Of a stretch of DNA of 64,000 nucleotides, positions 1-14,834 are shown one piece after another. The first letter of the stretch is position 1, and every line of letters begins with the position of its first letter. The stretch lies in the NCBI RefSeq assembly GCF_009914755.1, contig NC_060932.1; one strand, 5' to 3'. Source of the DNA: the human T2T-CHM13v2.0 reference genome, Homo sapiens. Both the position numbers and the translations under genes were made by a program. A model generated the notes under the pieces. It did not search any database and was not told the origin of the DNA. It saw only the letters and a list, made by a program, of their open reading frames with translations.

Positions 1-348
1 AATCCCCTCTTAAGGGGAGTTTCATGGTTGTGATGAAGGCAGTAAAGCCACTCGCACCTGCATAAATGAACATCACAAGTTTTTGTCTCACGTTTGTTCT
101 AAAAATCCTTTAGTCTTTAAGAAAACCTATTTGTTGTTCCCACAGTAGTGTTTTCATTTCTTTTCTTTCTCCTACTAATGTATATAAGCCTCTAACTTTA
201 AGCATTTAGTAAGCTAGTTACATCTTCTGTTAGTTCCTGTATAGAAATGAAGTTTTTCACTCCTGTTAATCTATGGTTTGTCAATTACTTTGTAGACCTG
301 CTGTAAATGAACCCAAGAAGGCAGAATAAAATGTTTTCCTACATGACA
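1..348 (+). mobile_element. 3' part of an ERV1-class LTR (MER34/MER39-like), truncated by the window edge
   Basis: Ends ...cctgttaatctatggtttgtcaattactttgtagacc...gaacccaagaaggcagaataaaatgttttcctacatgaca, resembling the recalled MER34-family 3' terminus; TATATAA at ~181. Confidence 0.6.
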
Positions 349-758
349 CTAGAGATGAAAGCACCTAATAAGATTTCAAATGTCAACTATAAGGATATTA
401 CAGAAAATTAGCTTTGTTAAAAGCAAAATCCATTAATAGGTTTTATATTTTGTGGTATTCTTTAATAAAGGTGAATAACTTAAATTATCATGAATAAGTA
501 CAAAAAAAAAAGCACGCCTTCCTATTTACATCAGAAGCTTATCCACATATTTCTAGATTTTTTAACATGGAAAAACTAGTGTTCATGGTGGGCAATGTTT
601 GTTAGTGACATTTATTTAGCATTTACTTTCTATAAAAATGAATTTCAGAAAGATAGTAATTAGATAAATTCCCCAAATATTTTTCAACATAGTAAACTGA
701 GTTTGAGGCTAAAAAACACAAAATGTTAAAAGTTTGATTTGTTAAATAGTCATATTAA

Positions 759-1146
<388 letters not shown>

Positions 1147-1556
1147 TAAGTTTAAAAGTCAATTTTCTTTTGTAATGCATACGTATACCACAAACTGTCT
1201 TAATATGGTCTCTATCACTGTCGAAGACAAAATTTTCTTTTGAGTAGACTATTATTCTAATTCACATAGCATTTCTTATGGCTTAGTTTATTAATATGTT
1301 AATTTCTTAATATTTTATTGCATTGTACTCACAGCATGGGAATCCCGGAAAAAGGAAAGGACAATTGCATGCTAACAGTTTTGTCCTTTATATTTATGTA
1401 CTAAGAATGAAAATGTCCAGGACTTGACCTAACAGAGTAATTTATAACAAGATGCTTCTTAAAGGCTAAGTTTTCATTCTCAAGGAGATGCATTGCCTAT
1501 AAACAGATAGGCAGAAATTCTGGAGACCTACAGCTTGCCCGTGTGGGTTGAAAAGA

Positions 1557-1603
1557 CATTAAGTGTAATGGCAAAAACCACAATTCCTTTTGCACCAATC
1601 TAA
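1557..1603. mobile_element. Half MADE1 (one Hsmar1 mariner terminal inverted repeat)
   Basis: taatggcaaaaaccacaattccttttgcaccaatctaa matches the right half of MADE1 (TAATGGCAAAAACCGCAATTACTTTTGCACCAACCTAA); left arm absent. Confidence 0.85.
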
Positions 1604-2475
1604 CGAATCCTTCAAGAAGCATCCTATGCCAGATCCAGTGTGGCAAGGTTTGAGTCCCTCAGACACGACAATACTTTCAATTTCCAGGGTTTGATCTGGC
1701 TTCACTTTTTCATTGCTGTACCAGATGGACAGGAAAAGGACAGACAATCAATTCCATGTCCCTTATTTTCCATAAGCACCAGAGAAGGAAACTAAGGTCT
1801 GATAAGAAGGGATACCTTGGGAATTTAGAAAAAAAAAATGCATAAAAGGAAGCCTACCTACTTTGGACACATTTTATGGGCAGAATAGTGACAACAGGGC
1901 AGAGATGTTGTTTTTTACACTGTTGAATAGCAACAGTATGATTTGTAAACAGATAGCTGAAGTACACATTATCTCAGTGAGTCTTAAAGTTAACTATGTG
2001 AAGAATGTAAATGAATTCCCAAAAGGAAAAAGATAAATCAGGATTAATGTATAGGACAATCCCTAAGAAGAACACAGGTCATTAAATGCAAACTTTGATT
2101 TCAGTAAAAATATTTCATTTTTTCAGCAACATAGATATTAATGCAAACAGCTTTTTAAGTAATATATGCATGTTCTTATACTCATTTGTCGTTCAAATTT
2201 TGGACAATTTTATATAAAATAAGCATAAAAAATAATAAAAGATCATCGAAAAAATATTGTCATCATGTTTCATTTGCACAAATTGTTATATCTAATCTAG
2301 GTTATTAAACTAAACTATGTTGATAAGGTAAATACTTATAGAACCATCAATGTTAAAAATTCATATTCTTTGATTTTGCTAAATTTTTTTGGATCTAGAT
2401 AAGTATCATCCCTATCAAACATGCACATTTATCACGTAAGCATCTCAGATGTACTGTTTCTCCTCTTTGTTCTAA

Positions 2476-2902
<427 letters not shown>

Positions 2903-2918
2903 GACACTTTGATTTTAA

Positions 2919-3371
<453 letters not shown>

Positions 3372-3444
3372 AAGTTCCTGATTCTTAAACTCCAAAAAAT
3401 AAAACACTTCAAAAGTGGATTTTACTTATGAGATACAAAGTGTA

Positions 3445-3600
3445 AGGGAGAGAGAGAATAAACAAGGTAGAGAAATAAGAAGAAGAGCAAGAAGAAGGAA
3501 GAGGAAGAAAGAAGAGGGAGAGAGACGAAATGAGAGAATTTTTAAAAAGAGAAAGGAAAAACCAAGGAGGAAGGAGGCAGAGAGGTAGGAAGAAAAAGAT
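3445..3600 (+). repeat. GA-rich polypurine low-complexity tract
   Basis: Almost only G/A (gaagaagagcaagaagaaggaagaggaag...). Confidence 0.85.
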
Positions 3601-4934
3601 CCAGAAATATATTTATTTGATGAGGTTGTTGAAATAACTTTACTATGCAGTTATTTCATCTTCTTAATGCAGTAAAACATTGAGAAAAAGAATACATTCA
3701 TTGAAGACTTGAAAGCAAAATGCGTTGACTCGGCATGGTCTTGCCTTATTAAAGGGTTAACTTCTAGTCTGACCCTATGTTTCTTCTTTCAATAATTAAT
3801 ACATATAGTACCAAGATTTCCCTACCCATAACAGAAAAGAGGGAGAAAGACGCCATGGAATGCAACCAACTTCATTAGTACCATATTTGATGATTTTTCA
3901 ACATCCCAAGAACCTGGATGTCACTAAGGTTCAGTCACAGTCATCTCCTTTTTTCTGGCCTTAGCTCAACTCCAGATTCTTGAGTGTTTGTCCAGCATCT
4001 GCCAGAGGCCTCTGCCTTTATGAAATTTTAGGGTGCAGTCCTTCCTAACTGGCTTGTCACTCTGCCATCCATGCTGTGTGAAAATATTTATCAAAGCCAT
4101 GTTGCAGATAAATTTATCTCTTGCTCAGATTATCTCTGAGTAATAAGGAAATTAATGTCAATGACATCATTCAAGAATGAAGACTGATTACATAAAATAT
4201 TTCAATCAGAATGTTGGCATAGGACTTCTAGTTATGATCATACGCCATGGAATTTCTCATTCATACTCAACGTCAAATATGCTAGCCTTTTGTTTCCATA
4301 AATATGTCTGTGCTCAGGGAGAAAAGTGTGGTTACTCTTCTTACATTCTACAGAGTTCTACACTAACTGAATAATGATATGGAGGTTAAAACTACTATAA
4401 AACGCGATGACAATATAATAAAATAGGAAGTATCTCACCAGAATAGAGGAAATACATATTACCAGACATAAGAGATTTGCTGATTTTTACAATTTGCCTC
4501 TAAATTTAGCTTTAAACGTGGTGCTAATTAAGGTTTAAAAATGAAAACAAAGTAGTTTACACAATTTTAATCTCATTAATTTGTGGAGAATTATATTACT
4601 GGGGTCCTCAGTGGTGGAAAATTATTCCATTGTATCTTTGTTAAGAACATAATTGTTATTCAAATTGACATTTTAAAATACAGAATTGCTATAAATGTTA
4701 AAAGCATAACAGATTTGAAGGTATTTCTACAGGTAGGAATTGTGACAGCTTTGAGTATGTAATTTTTCTGGCAATCTAATTTAGTATGCAGACAAAATGT
4801 GTTTATTTTAATATACAGAAATGAATGGATAATGTGCCTATTATACCGTCTCTCAAATATTAAATTTGTTCCATTATCAAATGCCTTTATTTGACAGGAG
4901 CTTGATGTTATGAAATTCATGACTGCATTTTTAA

Positions 4935-5253
<319 letters not shown>

Positions 5254-6093
5254 AATGACTGCATTTTTAAATGTGCTCCTAGTGTAGACACTCTGTGCTG
5301 CTATATAAAGTGAGAGGCATATGCTTTAGATATGAGAGTAAGGCTGAATTTTCATACTATGACAGTTTAAGTGCCAAACTGATACTCTCACCCAGATATG
5401 TTGTTAGGAAAGTATCTTACCGAATGCCTGGGAAATAAATGTCCTATAGACATTAGGTGAACCTGAGGCTGACGCAGCCTAACACAATGACCATTGGCCT
5501 GTGGGCCTCAGGGGAGTCAAATAAATTCAAATATAATTTTGGTAACTTATTCTGAGCCTCCCAAAGAAGGAATATACACTCAGCAGATCCCCATTAGTCT
5601 CTATATCTGCACTGTGGAACCACCTTTTGTAAGGCCCTTTGTTATGTCAGAGATAAACTAGGTATAAAATCCACAGCTGACAGCAGTGGTATGAATGCAG
5701 GTTTTCATGGGTAATTAATGTCTTTATTGCCCAGAAACAGATAACACCTTAACATTAGAAGGATATGAAATGTGGTGGAAGTAGTTTTCCTCCTCATTAT
5801 TTCAACAGAATGACAGGCACGAAATGTGACTTACACTTGGTAATTGTTATTTACCAAACAATTATGGCCAGGAATCATATTATTGAGTTTTTACATAACA
5901 GCATTTTCACTATTTAAAACTTGGATGTTCAGTACAATTTCTCATAATCAAGATAAATCCTGACATCCCTGAACTTTGAGAGAAATTTGTTTTGGAGTCT
6001 TAGCAAGCACTTCAAAAATTTGGAGTTGTTCTTTATTAAACTGGGAATGACTTACGAATCATATGATATTGTGAATTAAATGTAAGTTATTTG

Positions 6094-6983
6094 AAATTTA
6101 CAAGAAAAAAACAAACAACCCCATCAAAAAGTGGGCGAAGGATGTGAACAGACACTTCTCAAAAGAAGACATTTATGCAGCCGACAAACATATGAAAAAA
6201 AGCTCATCAGGAATTGTCTAGAGAAATGCAAATCAAAACCACAATGAGATACTATCTCATGCCAGTTAGAATGGCGATCATTAAAAAGTCAGGAAACAAC
6301 AGATGCTCGAGAGGATGTGGAGAAATGGGAAAGCTTTTACACTATTGATGGGAGTGTAAATTAGTTCAACCATTGTGGAAGACAGTGTGGAGATTCCTCA
6401 AGGATCTAGAACTAGAAATACCATTTGACTCAGCAATCCCATTACTGGGTATATACCCAAAGGATTATAAATCATTCTACTATAAAGACACATGCCCATG
6501 TATGTTTCTTGCAGCACTGTTCACAATAGCAAAGACTTGGAACCAACCCAAATGCCCACCAATGATAGACCGGATAAAGAAAATGTGGCACATATACACC
6601 ATGGAATACTATGCAGCCATAAAAAAGGATGAGTTCACGTCCTTTGCAGGGACATGGATGACGCTGGAAACCATCATTCTCAGCAGACTAACACCGGAAC
6701 AGAAAACTAAACACCCCATGTTCTCATTCATAATTGAACAATGAGAACACATGGACACAGGGAGGGGAACATCACACACCAGGGCTTGTCAGAGGGGTGA
6801 GGGGCTAGGGGATGGATAGCATTGGGAGAAATACCTAATGTAGGGGAGAGATAACATTAGGAGAAATACCTACTTTAGATGACAGTTGATGGGTGCAGCA
6901 AACCACCATGGCACGTGTATACCTATGTAACAAACCGGTACGTTCTGCACATGTACCCCAGAACTTAAAGTATAATTAAAAAA
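6094..6983 (+). mobile_element. 5'-truncated primate L1 (L1PA6/7-like): ORF2 3' end plus 3' UTR
   Basis: ORF 6373-6744 translates to L1 ORF2p C-terminus (WKTVWRFLKDLELEIPFD...KKMWHIYTMEYYAAIKK); 3' UTR ends gaacttaaagtataat; TSD aaatgtaagttatttgaa (6078-6095) vs aaatgtaatttgtttgaa (6981-6998). Confidence 0.96.
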
Positions 6984-8880
6984 TGTAATTTGTTTGAATA
7001 CATTATTTTGCATATTTTTCTCAAATACTTTATGTTTTCTCAGATTCCAAATCTGGTATGAGGCTTTTAACGAGGTGTCTTAGATATTATATTAGCTGCA
7101 TAATTTCCTTCATCATTTCAAATTAACTTTTACCAATTTCCTTGCTGGATTCTTGATTACATAATCTGCACTTACCATTTAATCAGAACTAAGGGGTAAA
7201 AAAAATCTCATTTTATTCACTTATAGTTTATTACCTTCCTGATAACATGAATTTGCAGTCATTTTATAACTTTTCTTAAGTTAAATTTCAAATAGTTTGA
7301 TCTATTCTTGAGTTCCTACTTTGTTATTTGTGTTTTAACAATAAATAATAGATAAAATTCAATATTCCAGAAAGATATTTACATTGCACCTTGGATATAT
7401 TTACTAGTGTTTCTAGAGACCCATCTGTACATTATTTCAATTCTCTCATTAGTGCCACTGATAAAATCAAGAGCAATAACTAAATGACATGCAGCATAAC
7501 CTTGAATTTTTTAGCAACCTGGCTTTTGTTTGCAAAAAATCTGATTATGATAGTCTTTTCAAGTGAGCTGTGGAGCCATTTAGATAATTTTCAGATATTA
7601 TACTGAAAAGATTGAATAAATTAATGTTACATATGTGAATTACGGAACATTATAAAATAAATATAGTACTTGACATTCTTTCTTCTAACATTAAAGCCTT
7701 TAGAAGTCATTAAAAAGAGCTTTGTCCAAGGGTTGAACATTTAATGGAAATTCGTCAGTCAGCCACTCCCAACATTCTTATTTCACTTTTATTAAACTTT
7801 TTGTTTCTTGTTATTTATTCATAACTGTTTTAACCTTGACACACTGTGAATCCACCTGAAACATTATCTTGACCAATAACCAATAAGATGTTTTCTTAGT
7901 GTGTCTCTTCATGGAGACAGCTCGCATAATGTTAAAAGTGAGTCCTGCATCATATTTCCATAATTAAATATACAACTTGTTAAATATAAAGCATGTCCAT
8001 TTTTTCAGTATTTATAATTGAAATTACAACATCATTATTACCATAATGCTGGAAATAGAATGTGACATATAAATTTTACTTTTTGAACTGTAAAATATGA
8101 AGAAAATAACATAGTACATAGTTCTCTGGTGACAATTGAAAATCATTCCTGCCCCTAATAAAATTAAACATATGTTAACAAATTATAAAGGTTAAAATGC
8201 TTAGATTTTGAAAGTTTCAAAATATTATAACATAAAATCTTTTGTTATAAAACTTCTCGATTTCTTCATAAGTAGCTTCTGGCAAACTCTAGTAACAGTT
8301 TTCTCTTTTCATTTCAGGCCATTTTCCATTCTAATATGACTGGATAAATGCAAAATGTCTCTTTCATCATGATGTAAAGGATGCAATAAAACTAATTTTG
8401 ACTTCAGGCTCTATAAAGTAAAGTTGGTGCATTCGTTCTGTGTAAAGAATTTGGTACTTCAAATTTTCCCTTAATTTTAAGAGAGAAAGAAGGGAAGGGG
8501 CAATGACAGAATTACTATTATACTCTAGCTACTGAAATTATAACATATTTTACTAAAAGAACCATTATCCTCAGAATAGCTCTCAGCCAAGCAAGGCAAA
8601 ACAAAAATAAATGTGTAAAGTGCTAATAGTGTAGAATTGTGGATCCAACAGAGAGCCCACATGACCTTCAAGCACATGTGTAATTTTTTAAAAAATTAAT
8701 AGTCTAAACAAACTTTCCACTCCAAAACAACTAATATTTCTTGGTAACATTTTAATAATCTTTTCTAAATGCATTACAGAGCTTGAACTAAAACAAGAAA
8801 AAATGTCAAAGTCCAAAAGTGTGATGTGAAAACTGTGCATCTAGTGGTAAGTAAGCACTAAATCTGGCATTCATTTCAAG

Positions 8881-9216
8881 AGGCCGTTATCTTAAGTTAA
8901 TTAACACAGGAAGGGAAAACCAAATACCACATGTTCTTGCTTATAAGTAGGACCTAAATATTGAATACTCATAGGCACAGAGATGGAAACAAGAGACAAT
9001 GGGGACTATGACAGCAGGGAGGGCAGGAGGGGGATGAGGGCTGAAAAACTGTTTTTCAACACAGTTTTTGACTCACCACCTAGGTAACATAGTGTTTGGC
9101 TCACTACGTCGGTAACAGCATCAATTGTACAGCAAACGTCAGAAACACACAATTCACCCATGTAACAAATCTGCATATGTACCTCCTAAACCTAAAATAA
9201 GAGCTGTAAAAAAAGA
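8881..9216 (+). mobile_element. L1 3' UTR fragment (L1PB/late L1PA-like)
   Basis: aaaaccaaataccacatgttc...cttataagt...catgtaacaaatctgcatatgtacctcctaaacctaaaataa motifs of L1 3' ends. Confidence 0.85.
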
Positions 9217-9303
9217 ATATCTGCCAAAACCTAGTAACTTACAGCCTCATTTGAAGGTTCATGCAGACAGAGAAAGAGGACCCAGAAAACAGGGCTCATC
9301 TAA

Positions 9304-9715
<412 letters not shown>

Positions 9716-9717
9716 TG

Positions 9718-9835
9718 CAGGAATGATTTTTAAATAGTATACACTGATACAGCTATGCCAATAGCTATGGCTAATATCTAGTCTAATTGGCCAGTGCTCG
9801 TACCATACCAATTGTTAAATATTTTGATCACCATT
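9718..9835 (-). mobile_element. MER81 (hAT-Blackjack MITE)
   Basis: cagg..tgat...gtatacactgatacag...ctaattggccagtg...taccaattgttaaatattttga..tcacc aligns colinearly with the recalled ~115-bp MER81 consensus after CpG decay. Confidence 0.7.
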
Positions 9836-11184
9836 TATTTTTCAATGGATGGGTGAACATTAAAAACACACAGGGACAAAATATACAGAAGAAAATGTTC
9901 TTAATCTTTACGGTGGGTGGAGAAGAAGAAAAATTCCAAAAATTCGTAATTACCAACAGGCCCTCTTATCGATGTGTTTCTCAATTATCAGAATTTTCCC
10001 TAAAAAATAGCCAATAATTAATAAGAATTCATAGCCAATAATTTATACTAAATATTCCCAAGTCATTAGTCCTTACAAAAACATATCCTTTCTAGGGCAA
10101 TGTATTTACAAATAAAACTTATGGACAGTGTTCTAAAGAATATGTATTCATAATCAGAAGTCACCAAATCCAGAATGGAATAGGGCACCACCGCATGAAA
10201 ACTACCAGAAAGAATAGACAGCAGAATAAAATCTGCAGAAATGTTAAGTACTGGGACTACTGTATATAAAATATATGTGTCTGTAATTAATATATTTAAA
10301 TTAAAAGTATTCATGAGGTTCCAGGATTGAAAGTATAAATAAGGAAAGGGAGATCATAAAATAATCAAGATTATTGAGCAAAGACCAAAGGGAACTTCTA
10401 GTAATGAAAAAGTAGATTAACAGAAAATTAAATGGACATTTTACAAAGGAGATTAGCCACAGATGAAGATATAATTAGCCATTCAGAAGGTAGAACTGAA
10501 GAAAATACGAAGACTACATTTCAGAGAGATAAAGAATAGAGAAATATGAAATAAGGCTTAAGACACTTGAGGATATATTGAGAAACTTCCACATTTCTAG
10601 AAGCAAAATTAAGACAGAATGAGGGAAAAACAAAATGTTAAGGGATAATAATAAAGGATAATTTTTTAAAGTGATGAAAGATATAAATTTTTAAATTCAA
10701 GAAGCCTAAATAAATACATACCTAGACACATCAAAGTGAAACTAAAAACAAAAAAGGCAGGAAAAATGACTAAATATATCTGAAGAAATAATATAGGCTA
10801 CCTACAAAGAAACAACAGCTAGACAGACAGGTTTCTCCTAAACAAGAAAAGTAAAATCCTAAAATCATTGAATAATCTCCCAGTACTGAAAAAAAAATAA
10901 TCCTTCAAAGCCCCTCAACTTAGAGTTATTCAGAGTTATTCATCCACAATAAACAGCTTTTAAAAAGGAAGACAAAATGCAAAAAAAAAAAAAACTTTTA
11001 AAGGTGAAAACTGAGATGATTTCTAAAAATTACAATATAGCTAAAGAATATTATGATGAAAATAAAACACAAAAAGTGCAAGTATAAATTATATTTAAAC
11101 AGGCTGATTTTGTTTTTTAAAAAGTAGATGTTAATGTCTTATTAAAAGATATTTTATTTTTTATAAAGTAGATGTTATCTTAAA

Positions 11185-11421
11185 TCCATACTTTTGCATG
11201 TTTTTAAATTTCATATACATGGTATCACATGTATCCTTTTGCAACTTCCATTATTTGCTTAATACTACATTTGTGACATTCTTCCATGTTGACATACATA
11301 ACTTTCTTTTATGGTAAGTCTTTCATAGTGTGATTTTACCTAAATTTATTTATCCATTCACCTGTTGAAGGACATCTGGGTCACTCTGTTATTTTTGTAA
11401 TAATAAATAATCCTACTGTGA
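11185..11421 (-). mobile_element. Inverted L1M(E) 3'-region fragment between 27-bp direct repeats
   Basis: tttatttatccattcacctgttgaaggacatctggg and cttccatgttg are antisense L1M 3' motifs; flanked by gtagatgttaatgtcttattaaaagat at 11124-11150 and 11431-11457. Confidence 0.75.
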
Positions 11422-12186
11422 GAAAAAAAGGTAGATGTTAATGTCTTATTAAAAGATCCAGTTATGGTATTGGATAACAATCATTAAAATTGAATCAGAG
11501 ATAAAGTACTCTTAAGATCATTGAATCACTTTGATCAAGAACAAGAGTATTGATAAAACTTAGATATTTATTAATTAAAGGTGCAGATAAAAAGTCAAAG
11601 GCAATTTATAGTAAATGGGGAAAATAAAATAAATACAACAAAATTATAATTACTCCAAATATCAACAAAATAAACAAGAATAAAGTAACTTTTAAAAAGT
11701 CAGCAATTCCAATAACTATAAATTAACTGAAATTTCCAATTATAAAACAAAGGCTATTAAGATAGACGAAAGATCAAAACAGCAAAATACATATAAAGGG
11801 ACCCTGCTAAATCAGAAGGACTCAAAGTATGGAAGAAAAAATGATGAAAACCAGAAACAAAATAATAAACAAAGAGAGCTGATTTGCTCTATTTGTATCA
11901 GACACAGAAAATAATTTAAAACAAAAATGTACTAATGGAATAAGGAAGACAATTTCCATGCGATTAAATGATCGATTCACTAAGATAATGTAACAATTCA
12001 AAACTTGTATGTACCTAGACTTTAAATATTCAAAATTGCCATCATTATAAAGAAAAGTGGACAAATTCCCCCATCACAGATCAAGATTTTCTACATGTAA
12101 TTCAGGAGTGGGTAGAAGAGGCGGAAAGGTATCCAATAAGCCTATACAATGTTTTAACAAGTATAAAGCTTGATTTAATAAACACA

Positions 12187-12561
12187 CAGATGCTCCTTGA
12201 CTTACAATGGGGTTACATTCTGATAAACCCATCATAATTTGAAAATACCCTAAGTCTTAAAATGCATTTAATATGTCTAACGTACCAAGCATCAAATCTT
12301 AGCCTAGCCTACCTTAAATGCTCAGAATACTTTGCTCACGGTTAGGCAAAATCATGTAATACAAAGCCTAGTTTATAATAAAGTAATGAATATCTCGTAA
12401 TTTATTGAAAACTGTACTTAAAGTTAAAAACAGAATGGGTGTATATATACTCAGAGTATGGTTTCTATCAAATCATATTAACAGTGTCACTTTTGCACCA
12501 CCATGAAGTCAAAAAATTTTAAGTTGGACTTTTGTAAGTTTCATAAGTCAGGGACCATTTA
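12187..12561 (+). mobile_element. MER47A (TcMar-Tigger), near full length
   Basis: Starts cagatgctccttgacttacaatggggttac, internal cttagcctagcctaccttaaa, ends taagtcagggaccatt. Confidence 0.9.
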
Positions 12562-14238
12562 TATATAAAACTTTGAACCCAGTCATTATAGAATCCCTAT
12601 TATTTTTTGGTTCATAAGGATAAAAATAGACCACAAACAGAGGCTAAATAAATTTCCAAAGATTAGGTCATACATACCACATTACTTGGCTTTAAATTAG
12701 AGTGGTTAAATACAAACAATGTCAGTGTTTGAAAATGAGATTCGAAATTATGAAGAAAGTGTAACTAATGATTCAAAAAACAAATCAAGATAAAAATAAA
12801 ATCTCAAAATATTCCATTTTAATGGGACTATATATCAAAATCTGTAGAATACACTAAAATGATATTTATTAAACTTTACTACACTAAAGGCTTAGATTGG
12901 AAAAATAAATCCTAAAAATTAAAAAACACAATATTTCAAATTAAAAAGTTTATAAAAGAACAATAACATTAACCAAAGAGTGTGTACAGGAGACTGTAAT
13001 GATAAGAGCAGAGATTAATAAGATAGAAAATAAGATAAAAATGAAAAGTTTAAACTGGCCAAAAGTTGATTATCTAAATACACTAATAAACTTAAACACT
13101 CTTTGGCAACATTGTTCAACAGAAAAGAGAAACAGTAAAAATTAGCAATATTAAAATTAAAGCTAGATCAAAAATATAGACATTATAGGAATTAAAGAGA
13201 TAGTTATATGTTATTTTAAAAATGTTGCATTTAATTTGACAACTTAAATAAAATATTTCATAAAAAAGATAACTCACCAACATCAAATAGTGAATAGATG
13301 GGAAAACTGAATTCTTATGAACATTAGCAATTTTGAAGTTTTAATTATTTTCCCAAAAAGCACAGATCCACGTTGTTTTTAAGGTCAGCTTTAGCAAACA
13401 TTCAAGCCTCAAATGATTCCAATGCCTTCATAAGAAACAAAAATTGGAAAATCTTACAAAAACCCTACAACTTATTTTATCAAGTTATCTCTTTGTTATA
13501 TCAGCCAAGGAAGAAAAATTTGAGAGGGAAGGAAAAACCAAACTAACTCATGAACATATATACGTACGCATATAGAGGAACCAATGCAAAATCTCATTTT
13601 TATTACGAAAATCTCTTTCATTACAATAGAAAATAACAATGAATTGTGTTGAGCTCTTAAATTACAATTTTGTTTTAGATATCCTTTTTCTGTAAGTTTT
13701 TTTGTCAAATACATATTTTTTTCTCAGTTTTGTTTTTAAATGTTATGTAATAAATTCATAAATGAATGCAGATTGTAATGAATGAAATATATGTTGAACA
13801 ATCAGGAATGTTATAAAGGCATAACATCTGATATTTTTAAAAATTCATGATGAATGAATAAGTAATATAAGACATTGGATATAATATAATCTAGGGTAAG
13901 GTCAGGATTCATGAGCTAAGTACATACTTTTATTTGGAAAGTCAGCTTAAGAAATGTTTGATTGGAAATAACTTTATGAACATTCAAAATTCACTCTGTA
14001 ATTCTTGCACTTTTAGAAAATCATATATACACTAACACATATATACATAATGATGCATATTATATTTGTAAAATGTTTTTTGGTGTTGTTCACTGTTTTA
14101 TATTGATTTATACAAGTTCTGCATGTTGAAATACATTATGTTCATCTACTTTTATACTGTAGCTGTAACTGGAAATAGCGTTAGAATAAGCCAGAAATGA
14201 AAACAGTAGAGGAAGATATGGATTCAAAAATAAATATG

Positions 14239-14612
14239 CAGTTGGCCCTTGAACAACATACTTTCGAACTGTGCTGGTCTACTTATGTGTGGATTTTCTT
14301 CCACCTCTGCCGCTCCTGAGATGGCAAGACCAATCCCTCCTCTTCCTCCTCCTGCTCAGCTTACTTAATGTGAAAATGATGAAGATGAAGACATTTATGA
14401 TGATTCACTTCCTCTCAATGAATAGTAAATATATTTTGTCTTCCCTATAATTTTCTTAAAATTTTCTTTTTACTAGCTTACTTTATTATAAGAACACAGT
14501 ATATAATATACATAACATACAAATATGTGTTAACTATTTATGTTATTGGTAAAGCTTCCAGTCAACAGTATGCTATTAGTAGCTAATTTTGGGGAAGTTA
14601 AAAGTTCTATGT
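14239..14612 (+). mobile_element. Tigger2a, missing its right end
   Basis: Starts cagttggcccttgaacaac; cctcctcttcctcctcct...gatgaagacatttatgatgattcacttcc...aatgaatagtaaatatatttt match Tigger2a. Confidence 0.9.
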
Positions 14613-14613
14613 C

Positions 14614-14768
14614 CATGGAATACTATTTAGCCATAAAAAAGAAGGAAATAATACCTTTTGCAGCAACTTGGATGGAGCTGGAGGCCATTATTCTAAGTGA
14701 AGTAATTCAGGAATGGAAAACCAAATACCGTGTGTTCCCACTTATAAGTAGGAGATAAGCTGTGGTAC
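14614..14768 (+). mobile_element. L1PB/L1MA ORF2-end/3' UTR fragment
   Basis: catggaatactatttagccataaaaaag...gcagcaacttggatggagctggaggccattattctaagtgaagtaa; translates MEYYLAIKKKEIIPFAATWMELEAIILSE. Confidence 0.9.
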
Positions 14769-14834
14769 AATGATAATTTTTTTTTTTTACATCTTTACAT
14801 GTTCATTACAGATGCAACCTCCCATTTTTTTCCA

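Larger units (their letters stand above)
10340..13550 (+). mobile_element. Ancient L1M remnant (ORF1 and ORF2 endonuclease/RT regions), interrupted
   Basis: A-rich decayed ORF1 motifs (aaatacatacctagacacatcaaagtgaaact) and ORF2 motifs (gctctatttgtatcagacac, aacttgtatgtacct); interrupted at ~11150-11430 and by MER47A. Confidence 0.75.

Noticed and set aside
1557-1603. miR-548-type hairpin
   Set aside because: Only one MADE1 arm is present, so no stem-loop can form.
6373-6744. 123-aa ORF with real protein homology
   Set aside because: C-terminal remnant of L1 ORF2p in a 5'-truncated copy; non-ATG start, no promoter, disrupted end.
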